From the IMG/VR virus record IMGVR_UViG_3300024270_002235: 64,000 bases of DNA; one strand, given 5' to 3'. Positions within the stretch are counted from its first letter, which is position 1. Each line of letters begins with the position of its first letter. Origin of the DNA: an uncultured virus (IMG/VR IMGVR_UViG_3300024270_002235). Taxonomy: Duplodnaviria > Heunggongvirae > Uroviricota > Caudoviricetes. The position numbers were made by a program, and so were the translations under genes. Below, piece after piece: positions 19,862 to 29,319 of the stretch. Under the pieces are notes generated by a model. The model ran no database searches and was not told the origin of the DNA. It saw only the letters and a program-made list of their open reading frames with translations.

Positions 19862-20695
19862 ATGAGTATATGTATAGCTATAACTTCAAATCAATTAGAA
19901 ATGGTTGCTGAGAAATTAGATAATAGTAAATTTAAATATAAGTTCTTATATGAGTCAGATGATAAATATAAAACAATTCAAAATTATAACTTAGAACTAT
20001 TAAATGATTGCTTATTATTTACAGGATTAGCAAGTCAGATGAGAGCTAATAGGATGAAGATAAAAGGTAGAGAAGCAGATATAGCTTGGGATGATATGAT
20101 AGGAAGTGTATTTAGAGAAGATAGACATGTGGCAGTAGTAAATGATTATTGGGATAATTCTCATATGGTATTAGTAGTTCCAACAACATTCTTTGATTCA
20201 ACTCAAAAAGCTGGTAATAATACAACAACATTAAGTGAAGAACAGTATGAAGTATTTGTGAAATGTTTAATCTCAAGATTCAGAAGTGATGAAGGAATGA
20301 ACGTAGTATCTTGGGATGAATACAACATGGATATGTTTGAAGATTATGATCCTAATGATGAATATTTCAAGATGAGACAAGCATGGATACAAAATGATAA
20401 AAAGAAAGATTATAGATCACAATTATACTCAACATTTGTAGAGGCGTATAAATTTAGAATGATAACTTATTATACAAAACTTAGAGATTTTGGATTAGAT
20501 GATATAATGAGAAAATTAAGAGAGTTAGGATATTTAGATGAAAGATTTAATAATGAATTATATTTATATGAAGAAGAAGCTAGAAGATTATTAGCAAAAA
20601 GATTATGTGCAATTTCATATAGAGATGATATAAAATTATTAATGGAAGAAGGTATAATAAAACCAGAAACATTAACTTATAATTTAAATGTATAG
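19862..20695 (+). CDS. hypothetical early protein
   Basis: SD aggagg before ATG 19862. Confidence 0.75.
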   Translation: MSICIAITSNQLEMVAEKLDNSKFKYKFLYESDDKYKTIQNYNLELLNDCLLFTGLASQMRANRMKIKGREADIAWDDMIGSVFREDRHVAVVNDYWDNSHMVLVVPTTFFDSTQKAGNNTTTLSEEQYEVFVKCLISRFRSDEGMNVVSWDEYNMDMFEDYDPNDEYFKMRQAWIQNDKKKDYRSQLYSTFVEAYKFRMITYYTKLRDFGLDDIMRKLRELGYLDERFNNELYLYEEEARRLLAKRLCAISYRDDIKLLMEEGIIKPETLTYNLNV

Positions 20696-20696
20696 T

Positions 20697-20708
20697 AACA
20701 AAATAATA
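20697..20708 (+). promoter_or_regulatory. late-type promoter
   Basis: AACA aaataa TA. Confidence 0.5.
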
Positions 20709-20731
20709 AAAATAATGAAGGAGTTGATAAT

Positions 20732-20857
20732 ATGAAGAGATTAATGGTAATGATATTAATAACAGGTATATGTGTATCTAATGTATCCGTATCTGGAAAT
20801 AAACCATTTGGAATAAATCTTGGTTCTAAATTACCAGTATGGACACAAAGAAAATAG
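20732..20857 (+). CDS. 41-aa small protein with signal-peptide-like N-terminus (not in ORF track)
   Basis: SD aaggag; MKRLMVMILITGICVSNVSVSGNKPFGINLGSKLPVWTQRK*; own promoter motif and terminator. Confidence 0.65.
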   Translation: MKRLMVMILITGICVSNVSVSGNKPFGINLGSKLPVWTQRK

Positions 20858-20863
20858 AGTTTT

Positions 20864-20890
20864 TAAAGGGTGTTTATCCCTTTATTTTTT
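20864..20890 (+). terminator. intrinsic terminator
   Basis: taaaggg/cccttta + T run. Confidence 0.65.
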
Positions 20891-20938
20891 ATTATTATAT
20901 AAACAATTAATAAAATTTTAGACAGGAGGTGAATATTA

Positions 20939-21706
20939 TTGTCTAAACAAATCTGGGAAAGACATAATTTCACTAATCATGATATCGGACAAATAATAAA
21001 TGGTGAAATAATTGAATATGATATTAGAGCTGCCGGATTAAATCTAGCAAAAGAATTTGGATATATCGATCCAAAGATATTAGAAAAACTAGAGCAGATG
21101 GATAAAAGGGACCGTAATATTCACATGGGTCTACTTAAGAAAAATGATGAACAAATAAGTAAGAAGGAAAATGAAGCCTTTATCAAAGCACGTGAATTGT
21201 TTATTGTTACGAACAAATTGAATGTGGAGGATATTGTGGCTATTAAGAAAGATGCAATTTTTGTTTCAAGAAGATGTAATATCAGAAAATTCGGTAATAT
21301 TGAATTTATACCTAAAAATATTTATACCAGTTATATGGAACTAAACAAATTGGAGTTTTATTATAACTCCAATCAGTTAGATATAAAGGGAATAGGTGAC
21401 TCTGTGTATGATCAGCATAGAGATTATATGATTGAATTCTTTAAAACTTATTTTACATTGATGGAGATTGATAATAAATCCAAATTGATAGATTACGTAA
21501 CTAATTTTGTATACCGTTATAAATCAAAATTACTAGACATGCGATATTATAGAGAAATGAATGTGCAATCTACGTACAGGCTTAACATTATCGTTGAAAA
21601 GAGTATATACGGTCTCGATAACATAGACAGTTCGTGCTTTGATTCGATCGACATTTCTTATAATTATTTTAAATATTTGGTGCCGATATGCACTAGTCTA
21701 ATATAA
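20939..21706 (+). CDS. small family-B DNA polymerase-like palm protein
   Basis: TTG start after aggaggtga; IEYDIRAAG (motif A-like), IKKDAIFV (motif C-like), LDIKGI. Confidence 0.5.
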   Translation: MSKQIWERHNFTNHDIGQIINGEIIEYDIRAAGLNLAKEFGYIDPKILEKLEQMDKRDRNIHMGLLKKNDEQISKKENEAFIKARELFIVTNKLNVEDIVAIKKDAIFVSRRCNIRKFGNIEFIPKNIYTSYMELNKLEFYYNSNQLDIKGIGDSVYDQHRDYMIEFFKTYFTLMEIDNKSKLIDYVTNFVYRYKSKLLDMRYYREMNVQSTYRLNIIVEKSIYGLDNIDSSCFDSIDISYNYFKYLVPICTSLI

Positions 21707-21795
21707 AGTATGGGAGTAAAATCCCCGATATGATAGTACGGGTGTAAAAACCCCAGTTTGAAGATACTATACTAGTCGGTATCAAAAACTGTTAA
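21707..21795 (+). ncRNA. candidate structured RNA/DNA element
   Basis: Twin hairpins GGGA-GTAAAA-TCCC and GGGT-GTAAAA-ACCC, enclosing stem atagta/tactat, pseudoknot-capable cagttt/aaactg. Confidence 0.4.
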
Positions 21796-21808
21796 CATAT
21801 ATCAAAAT

Positions 21809-21840
21809 AAAGATGATAACCTATAAGGTTATCATCTTTT
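21809..21840. terminator. bidirectional terminator between convergent genes
   Basis: aaagatgataacct/aggttatcatcttt. Confidence 0.8.
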
Positions 21841-22239
21841 CATCATTCTACTTTGCATATAATTATATAAATATATTTGTATCATTTCAGATACTGCTTT
21901 TATTGTAGTTTCATCATCTTTGTAATAATATTTTAATTCTTCCAATACGTCCGGTGACAATGCATTTATAGTTTCTTCTAATAAATAGTTCCATTCAAAC
22001 TCAAATTTAGGTACATTTATTTCTTTTATTTTAAAATGGAATTGAACTCTATAAGCCCATTTTCTTTCAAGTACGTTAAATACGATTCCCATTAATTCTT
22101 CTTCTGAGCGTATTTCTTTTTTTCTATTTTCTTCCAAATTAAGTTTTCTATTATTAACATCGTAATAAACATATGAACAGACACCTAATACGATTCCAAT
22201 AATAGATACTCCCAATAAAACTGATAAAAATACAATCAT
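21832..22239 (-). CDS. membrane-anchored hypothetical protein
   Basis: N-terminal hydrophobic helix, SD aggagg. Confidence 0.7.
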   Translation of the reverse strand: MIVFLSVLLGVSIIGIVLGVCSYVYYDVNNRKLNLEENRKKEIRSEEELMGIVFNVLERKWAYRVQFHFKIKEINVPKFEFEWNYLLEETINALSPDVLEELKYYYKDDETTIKAVSEMIQIYLYNYMQSRMMKR

Positions 22240-22248
22240 GGTTACCTC

Positions 22249-22923
22249 CTAAAGTTCATCCTCGAATTCTGGATGTTCTGTTTTCCATCTTGTAACAATT
22301 ACTTTTAGATTATCAAAATCATTACTGTCATATTTTTCGGATTTTTCTATATAGTCTAATATCTTATACACCATTGTCTTATCCATTCCTTCCCAATATA
22401 TTTCTAGGAAGCTATATAAATCACCAAATCCTTGTTTGTAATTTAAGAATATTTTATTATCATGTACAAGCTGATGAACTGTTTCACAAAGCATTACTGT
22501 TTGAACCCTATGTTTAAAGTGTTCCTCGATAACTTTGTTAGCTACACTGAAAGTAGTGATTTTCATTCCTTTAATTAACATATAATTCAATATTATTGAT
22601 GTAACATCGAATAATGTAAATATTGGACCATGGTGCATCTCTATTAAATCTTTTACACCTGTTTCTTCATCTTCAGATATATTTCCTTTTACCTGACAAA
22701 AACACATTCCTAAATCCACTTTTAAATGAGCTATATATCTTGAATAGTATTTAGAAGTTCTAACCATTCTTTCCACTGCATTTATGAAAGCAACTTCGTT
22801 TTCTATACTAAACATATAGTCAGCATCCTTATAGAATGGTAATTCATAAAAACTATCTTCAGAGTCTATAGTTGGATTTAAATTAGGTTTATTAACATCT
22901 ATACCTGGTATTTTACTAGCCAT
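22249..22923 (-). CDS. HNH-like protein, paralog of 10921..11613
   Basis: CQV...IEMHHGPIFTLFDV...VMLCETVHQLVH. Confidence 0.55.
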   Translation of the reverse strand: MASKIPGIDVNKPNLNPTIDSEDSFYELPFYKDADYMFSIENEVAFINAVERMVRTSKYYSRYIAHLKVDLGMCFCQVKGNISEDEETGVKDLIEMHHGPIFTLFDVTSIILNYMLIKGMKITTFSVANKVIEEHFKHRVQTVMLCETVHQLVHDNKIFLNYKQGFGDLYSFLEIYWEGMDKTMVYKILDYIEKSEKYDSNDFDNLKVIVTRWKTEHPEFEDEL

Positions 22924-22954
22924 TGTTTCACTTCCTTTCGAAAACCAGCTTTAA

Positions 22955-22976
22955 TACAATTACTTAATGATTTGTT
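22955..22976. promoter_or_regulatory. overlapping divergent late-type promoters sharing one TA
   Basis: Plus strand TACA attact TA (22955-22966); minus strand AACA aatcat TA (22976-22965). Confidence 0.55.
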
Positions 22977-23008
22977 TTGGAATATGAAAAATGAAGGAGA
23001 TGTGGGAA

Positions 23009-26000
23009 ATGAATGATAAATCTCAGGTTGAGTCTATTCTTAACGATATACGATCTATGGTTAATAACGTTATTATAAAGTTAAGCTATCAAGCAGATAT
23101 GTATGAGACTGCTGATATAAAACGTGAAGCAGACCGTTATATAGCCGCATATTTAGAGAAAGACACATTCGATTCATATAGAGCGTATCCTATGGATGTA
23201 ATAGCTAAAGCAGGTATTAGTAATTTAAACGATCTTGCTGAATATAGTTCTGACAGAACTAAAATACCTCGTGAAAAAAGAAAAGATGTTCTTAAAGCTA
23301 TGAGAGAAACTGTTATTAGAGAATACGTTGAAATGAATGACTATTATAGAGAATTGATAGGTATGCCTTCAATAAATACTCCAGAGGAAGAATGGATATA
23401 CCTAACTGAAGAAGAAATGAAATATTACGAAATAGATGAGGTAAGACCTATACATGATTATCCTAAAGAAATACAGCATAAGTTAGAAAGAGATTTGATA
23501 CCTAATCTTATTAAATTATATCCAGAAAGAACATACTTGCAACACATGGGAAGTAAAGCTGTAAATTTAGTAAGAGCTAGACAGGCTAGAAACTTTGATA
23601 TAATATTTACAGATATTAAACTAGACACTGTATTCATGCGTGCTTTCTTTGAAACTTATGACTTTGCTAGAGAGTATTTCATGGGACTTATATATAATAA
23701 AGCCTTTAAAGAAAGATATGATTTATATGATAACTATATGGGTATGCATATAATGATAATGACTGTTCAGAGGTTAGTAGTTGATACTATTAAGATGGGT
23801 ATTGATAGAGATTTTTATGATTTAATATCAATAAAAAAATTATTTAATGTTTATGGTGTACCTTTCTTTGAAGACTTACCATTAGATTACCAAAGAACTA
23901 TAGTTAAGAATGTTAATATGTTAATACGTTCTAAATCTACAGATAAAGTTTTATATGATATTGCAAATACTCTATTCTATGAAAGAGTTAGAATATATAA
24001 ATACTTTTTAGTAAGAGAAAGAAAATTTGATGAAAATGGTAAGCCTATATTTTTATATAAAGAAGAAATAAGGGATACACCACCTGAAAAATATTATATC
24101 AAAAGTAATAATAAAAAGACTTATGAACTTGCAGTTCAAGGTAATCATTTAGTTACTGTAGAATGTCAAGTTCCATATGCACCCGAAGCTATTTATATGA
24201 AAGATGAAGTAACGGGAGAAATGTTTAAAATATTTATGATAGATGATGTGATAGTTTCAGCACCTGTAGAAGATAAAAACCAAATATGTCAAAGTGTTAT
24301 AATGTATAATGAAAACTTTCAGAAGTTTAAATTAGCAGTAGACAAAGATGTAATTGAAACAGAAGAAATAGAATATAATAGAGTTACAGTTTATGATTAT
24401 GAACATATGTACGATGTATACTTCCAAGCAACTGATATTATGGAAAGAAATGTTATATCTACATTAGAAACTAAATATAATAGATATGCATATGACGAAG
24501 TTGTAAAAGATGATGTTTATTGGTGGGAAACTGAAGAACTTAAAAAAGAATTATTCGGTAGAGACTATACTTATATAGATACTAAATACATAAGTGTTAC
24601 AGTTATGCAAAATTTAACTAAAATGCTTTATGAAACAGTTTATTATTTAAATATGTTAGTTGATCATAAAAACACTACAGTTCCAATGCTTGAAAGGGTG
24701 TTTAATTCAGATGCAATGAAATATGGTACTGATTATTTATATTTAGATTTAGATAGATTTACAACTGTACCTGTTTCAATATTCGACTCTGTAATGATTC
24801 TTTGTGCATTGGTAGCTAAGAAAAATGGTATGAAAGGAAATATAATAGTTGAATCTCCTTCTAAGATATTATCTGTATTAGGATTCAACTTTGAAGCAAA
24901 CTTTGAACTTATAAGAGAAAATATTCGTAAATATAAAAGAGTTTTTAAAAATCAAGAGATATTAAAATACTTAGATTTATTAGATATACGTTCAGTAAAA
25001 GACATAGATACTTTATTCAATAATTTTAAAAACTTCGCAGAATTCTGTGCGGATGTGGTGGCTACCACAACAGATATAAATGAATATAAAGCATATAAAG
25101 AACTTTATAAAGTAATTACTGTACGTAAAGATGCTACTAAATTATTCACAATGTCTGATGGGAATGTTGCTAATACTTACTTAGAGTACTTATATGATAA
25201 ACTTCCTGTTATAGCAGATTTTATAGATAATATGCATAAGGATAAAACTGGAGTATTTATAGAACACGTTTTAGGTAAATTAAATGAATTGATACCGGAA
25301 ATAGAATATTTAAATACTATAAACGGAACAAATAATAATATAGTACAAGCGATATTAGGATTAATAAATTTCTTTAAATCGTATACTGTAGACTTAAGAA
25401 CTTTAAATATATTATACATGTTCGATAATAGAATGCTTAATAAAATTTATATGATAGATGACCCAAGATTATTTGTAAAATTATATCCTACAGAGTCATA
25501 TCCACTCTATGCAGACAGTCTTAGACCAACAGTTATGTTTGATAAGCAAGATAACTTAGTAATTTACGATCCTTCTAGATTGGGAACAAAACTAAGACCT
25601 TCTGATTCTGCAGGTATGTATGATGAAATAGAACAATTGTTGATGCAATTAGGAGTAGAAGATGAGTTAGTATTATCATATAAAGATATGATGGAAATGA
25701 TAAACAATCAATCTATAGATGACATAATAGATCTACGAGAAAATAATGCTTTAAGCACTAGACTGATTGCTGATAAAGATAAATTTGTTAGTAAACATAC
25801 TCTTATATTGAAAAACTTATTAGCTATATTAGATAGTTTAGAATTAGAATATAAAGATTTAATAGGGAATTCGCATGTTATATTTACTAAAATAAGTCAA
25901 CTTAAATTAAAATTACAACATGAGACTTTAATAAACATTGATAATTATGAAAAATGGGAATCTAGAGATGCTTATTCAATAGGAATAGGTAAAGAAGCTA

Positions 26001-26287
26001 TCGATTCACTATTACTAGATTACAAAGATGTAATTAAGGATCTTTCAAATATAATTCGTGAAGAACTAAAGCTAAATTTAATCGAAACAGATTTAACGTT
26101 TATATCACAACAGGGTATAGATAAATTAATAGATAAGGATAAATATAACACGTGTGCTGAATTAGGTAAAGATGATACAATAGAATTATTATATAATGAT
26201 GATATTAATATGTTAAAAGGTAATATGAAGCTGTCTAATGCTGATATTTACATCAATGATTCTGTTAAAGTTACCTATGAAGATTAA
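23009..26287 (+). CDS. large virion structural protein (putative baseplate component)
   Basis: ~1090 aa, late-type promoter, structural neighbourhood; function inferred only. Confidence 0.45.
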   Translation: MNDKSQVESILNDIRSMVNNVIIKLSYQADMYETADIKREADRYIAAYLEKDTFDSYRAYPMDVIAKAGISNLNDLAEYSSDRTKIPREKRKDVLKAMRETVIREYVEMNDYYRELIGMPSINTPEEEWIYLTEEEMKYYEIDEVRPIHDYPKEIQHKLERDLIPNLIKLYPERTYLQHMGSKAVNLVRARQARNFDIIFTDIKLDTVFMRAFFETYDFAREYFMGLIYNKAFKERYDLYDNYMGMHIMIMTVQRLVVDTIKMGIDRDFYDLISIKKLFNVYGVPFFEDLPLDYQRTIVKNVNMLIRSKSTDKVLYDIANTLFYERVRIYKYFLVRERKFDENGKPIFLYKEEIRDTPPEKYYIKSNNKKTYELAVQGNHLVTVECQVPYAPEAIYMKDEVTGEMFKIFMIDDVIVSAPVEDKNQICQSVIMYNENFQKFKLAVDKDVIETEEIEYNRVTVYDYEHMYDVYFQATDIMERNVISTLETKYNRYAYDEVVKDDVYWWETEELKKELFGRDYTYIDTKYISVTVMQNLTKMLYETVYYLNMLVDHKNTTVPMLERVFNSDAMKYGTDYLYLDLDRFTTVPVSIFDSVMILCALVAKKNGMKGNIIVESPSKILSVLGFNFEANFELIRENIRKYKRVFKNQEILKYLDLLDIRSVKDIDTLFNNFKNFAEFCADVVATTTDINEYKAYKELYKVITVRKDATKLFTMSDGNVANTYLEYLYDKLPVIADFIDNMHKDKTGVFIEHVLGKLNELIPEIEYLNTINGTNNNIVQAILGLINFFKSYTVDLRTLNILYMFDNRMLNKIYMIDDPRLFVKLYPTESYPLYADSLRPTVMFDKQDNLVIYDPSRLGTKLRPSDSAGMYDEIEQLLMQLGVEDELVLSYKDMMEMINNQSIDDIIDLRENNALSTRLIADKDKFVSKHTLILKNLLAILDSLELEYKDLIGNSHVIFTKISQLKLKLQHETLINIDNYEKWESRDAYSIGIGKEAIDSLLLDYKDVIKDLSNIIREELKLNLIETDLTFISQQGIDKLIDKDKYNTCAELGKDDTIELLYNDDINMLKGNMKLSNADIYINDSVKVTYED

Positions 26288-26297
26288 TTAAAACGGA

Positions 26298-26309
26298 AAC
26301 ATTAATATA
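26298..26309 (+). promoter_or_regulatory. late-type promoter
   Basis: AACA ttaata TA. Confidence 0.55.
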
Positions 26310-26356
26310 AGAACTGATTTTTATTATTGATGCGAAGGAAAGGAAGGTAAATGTGA

Positions 26357-27226
26357 ATGAGTAAAGATGTTTTAAAATTAAACGATAACTTAAATTCGTC
26401 TGATAAAATGGCAAGTGCTCCAGCTAAAAAAGTTGAACCATTAGTAATGGAAAGTTCACAAGGAAAAGTTTTAAAAACTAAAATAGTTGGATTAGACACA
26501 TTAACTGGAGAAAAATTATTTGAAGAAGAAAACCAAATAGTTTTAGGTGGAGCTTTATTCATATTAGAAAAAGTTTTCAATGTAGAAGCACCTATAAATG
26601 TAGAATATTTAAATGATATAATGGGTATAGCTACTAACAGTCCTATAGAAGAATTATACCCAAAAGAAACTGGAGTTTGTTTATTTGGTGTAGGTGTTGG
26701 TGGATGCGGAGAAGCTTCTAGATCAGTGGTAGATGTTAAATATTATGAAAGAGAAATATTCCAAATGATTCCTTTCAGAATAACTGACGAAGAAATGACA
26801 GGTTCAGAAAAAGAAAAATATTGGTTTAAGAGATATGAAGAAGATGGAAAAATATCTTATTTCTTAAAATCATTTGAACACAAACCTGAAATAAGAGTTC
26901 TTTGGAAAGATGGAGAAGAAGGGGAAGATGGATCAGAAGTAGCAACAGGTGTTCACAATACATCTAGAACTGAACCTATAGAAACATTTGTAGAAATGAT
27001 TTTAAAAGTTAATAAAAAAGATTGTAGAGAATTCTTTGAAATAAACGGAGATATAGAAGCTGCTAGAGTAAACTCTATAGGTTTATTCACAGGAATCCTT
27101 TCAACTAATGAAAAAGGTGAACCTGAATATAAACAAGTAAAATTATTCTCTAAATTAAATATACCAAATGAAATGTTAGTTCTTTCAAAAGACATAACTA
27201 TAGTGTATAGAATTTACACTTCTTAA
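26357..27226 (+). CDS. putative baseplate/tail structural protein
   Basis: N.IV.GG, FGVG.GG, NSIGLF, LFSKLN..., I.YRIY pattern of phage tail-collar/baseplate proteins. Confidence 0.45.
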   Translation: MSKDVLKLNDNLNSSDKMASAPAKKVEPLVMESSQGKVLKTKIVGLDTLTGEKLFEEENQIVLGGALFILEKVFNVEAPINVEYLNDIMGIATNSPIEELYPKETGVCLFGVGVGGCGEASRSVVDVKYYEREIFQMIPFRITDEEMTGSEKEKYWFKRYEEDGKISYFLKSFEHKPEIRVLWKDGEEGEDGSEVATGVHNTSRTEPIETFVEMILKVNKKDCREFFEINGDIEAARVNSIGLFTGILSTNEKGEPEYKQVKLFSKLNIPNEMLVLSKDITIVYRIYTS

Positions 27227-27236
27227 GATATACATT

Positions 27237-27273
27237 TAGAGATTATCGTAATGATAATCTCTATTTATTTTTT
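27237..27273 (+). terminator. terminator-like hairpin
   Basis: tagagattatc/gataatctcta + T run. Confidence 0.65.
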
Positions 27274-27293
27274 ATTGGAAAGGATATGATATA

Positions 27294-28505
27294 ATGCGTA
27301 GAATTACACCTGAAGAGAAAGCTTATTTATTATCACTTAAACCTGAAGATATAACTTATGAACTTGGTATGGATTTATTTGCAGACCATATTAAAAAAGT
27401 TGATGGAAAAGTAGTAGAAGTGAAATCTAAATTTGAACCAGATGATAGATTCTTATTAAAAGCTGGAGAATATATAAATAAAGAAGATGTTATAACTACA
27501 GTTGGTTCTTTTATATTTAATAAGTTTATAATAGAAGCTAGATTTGGCGTTCATTTAGGTTATATAAACGATGTTATAGATGCTGATGGACTAAAAAGTC
27601 TTGAAAGTAAATTATCTAAATTATTATTAGATGATAAAATAACTACAGTGGATTTCGGTGATTATTTTGATAGAATACAATGGTTAGGAATGCAATTCCA
27701 TGAACCATTAGCAGCATCATTTACAATGAGAGGATTAAAACCAGTTCCTGCAGTTATGAAACGTAAAGCTGAGCTTATTAAAGAAAATAAAGAAGCCTTA
27801 GAAAAAGGTGACGTTATGGTAATGTCAGCAATCGAAAAAGAATTAGTTAAACTTGCTGAAAAAGAAATAGGTGACGACCCTGCAATGGATTTATATTATT
27901 CAGGAGCAAGGGGTTCTATATCAAACAACTATAAACAGCTTAGTATAGTAAAAGGACCAGTATTCAATAAAACTATAGGTAAGTATCAATTTATAGAAAA
28001 TAACTTATTTGATGGTATAAGTAAAGAAGAGATAGCTGCATCTGGTACAAATACAGTAAATGCACAATATCCTAAATCTTGTGGTACGGCAGTATCAGGA
28101 TATAAAGCTAAACAAGTTTCAAGTTTAGGTCAAGCGGTTGTATTAAGAAAAGACGTACAAGATTGCGGTTCTAAAGGATATGTTGAAATAGTTATACCAC
28201 CATCAATGAAATCTAAATTTATGTATAGATATATAATGGATAATGGAAAAGCTGTTTTATTAGATGATGATAGTATAGGTAAATATGTTGGGAAGAAAGT
28301 TAAATTAAGATCGATTATGTATTGTGGTTGTGATTCAGGAGTTTGTTTAACATGTGCAGGAAGATTATTTGAAAAATTACAAATAGATTCTATAGGGTTA
28401 ACAACATCAACACTAACAGGTGCGTTATTAAACTTAAAGATGAAAGCAATGCATGATACATCAGTTAAAACTAATGAAATCAATTTAGACGATATGACAT
28501 TCTAG
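27294..28505 (+). CDS. rpoC: multisubunit RNA polymerase beta' C-terminal half (probably virion RNAP)
   Basis: SGARGS, bridge helix GTAVSGY..K, Zn site DCG...RSIMYC...VCLTCAG, trigger loop IGL...LNLKMKAMH. Confidence 0.85.
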   Translation: MRRITPEEKAYLLSLKPEDITYELGMDLFADHIKKVDGKVVEVKSKFEPDDRFLLKAGEYINKEDVITTVGSFIFNKFIIEARFGVHLGYINDVIDADGLKSLESKLSKLLLDDKITTVDFGDYFDRIQWLGMQFHEPLAASFTMRGLKPVPAVMKRKAELIKENKEALEKGDVMVMSAIEKELVKLAEKEIGDDPAMDLYYSGARGSISNNYKQLSIVKGPVFNKTIGKYQFIENNLFDGISKEEIAASGTNTVNAQYPKSCGTAVSGYKAKQVSSLGQAVVLRKDVQDCGSKGYVEIVIPPSMKSKFMYRYIMDNGKAVLLDDDSIGKYVGKKVKLRSIMYCGCDSGVCLTCAGRLFEKLQIDSIGLTTSTLTGALLNLKMKAMHDTSVKTNEINLDDMTF

Positions 28506-28532
28506 GTATTAGGTTTTTTCCTAATACCTTTT
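28504..28532 (+). terminator. intrinsic terminator
   Basis: aggtattagg/cctaatacct + T run. Confidence 0.75.
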
Positions 28533-28537
28533 CTTAT

Positions 28538-28577
28538 GTAAAAAGGTATAATTTCAATTATATATTATAATAGCGAA
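28538..28577 (+). promoter_or_regulatory. early-type promoter
   Basis: GTAAAA 28538, TCAATTATATATTAT 28554-28568, CGAA 28574. Confidence 0.75.
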
Positions 28578-28600
28578 TAAAATAAAAGGAGTTGGTAATT

Positions 28601-28867
28601 ATGTGTAAAAGAGATTTATTAATGTCATTCTATAAAGGAACAGAAACATTAGATAACTTCTTAACAATGGCTTATTCAGAAAATATAGAAGTATTGTGTA
28701 TTGTAAAGACACCAATATATGAATTTATGGTATCAGATAATTTATGTGATAGATTAAATAAGTTATATAAAGATATGACATGTAGAAATCTAAATGCAGG
28801 ATTATTAACTTATGATGAAATAAGAGATAAATTTGATAAAATAAAAACACAAATAAACTTTATATAA
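28601..28867 (+). CDS. hypothetical early protein
   Basis: SD aaggag before ATG 28601. Confidence 0.65.
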   Translation: MCKRDLLMSFYKGTETLDNFLTMAYSENIEVLCIVKTPIYEFMVSDNLCDRLNKLYKDMTCRNLNAGLLTYDEIRDKFDKIKTQINFI

Positions 28868-28871
28868 AAGT

Positions 28872-28918
28872 GTAAAACGTAGGATTTGAGTACTATATTA
28901 TTACTACGTAATAATATA
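28872..28918 (+). promoter_or_regulatory. variant early promoter overlapped by a palindrome
   Basis: GTAAAA 28872, TATATTAT 28894; palindrome tatattattac-tac-gtaataatata. Confidence 0.55.
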
Positions 28919-28995
28919 ATGTGAGAATGAGTGTTGAGATGGATTTTTATATTCATCTCAACAATATTATGAAAAATTTTAAGGAGGAATTAATT

Positions 28996-29310
28996 ATGAA
29001 GAAAAATCAATTATTTGTAGTATTTGGTGGTAAAGTTGAAGAAGATGATGATTATAATGTAACTTATACAGAATATTATAGAGAACCTAGATATTATAAA
29101 AATAAAGAAAAAGCAAATGATTATGTGGAATTATTAATAGACGATTATATGAAGATGAAATCATATAGTTTAAACTATGAGATAATAGAAGCATATAAAG
29201 ATGAGAATACAGCTTTAGAAAAATATATAACTGATATAAGAGATAAGAATGATTATACAGTATTTAGAATAGAAATGACAATAATAGATTTAAATGCAGT
29301 TATAATGTAG
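28996..29310 (+). CDS. hypothetical early protein
   Basis: SD aaggagg before ATG 28996. Confidence 0.7.
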   Translation: MKKNQLFVVFGGKVEEDDDYNVTYTEYYREPRYYKNKEKANDYVELLIDDYMKMKSYSLNYEIIEAYKDENTALEKYITDIRDKNDYTVFRIEMTIIDLNAVIM

Positions 29311-29319
29311 GAGGCTAAT

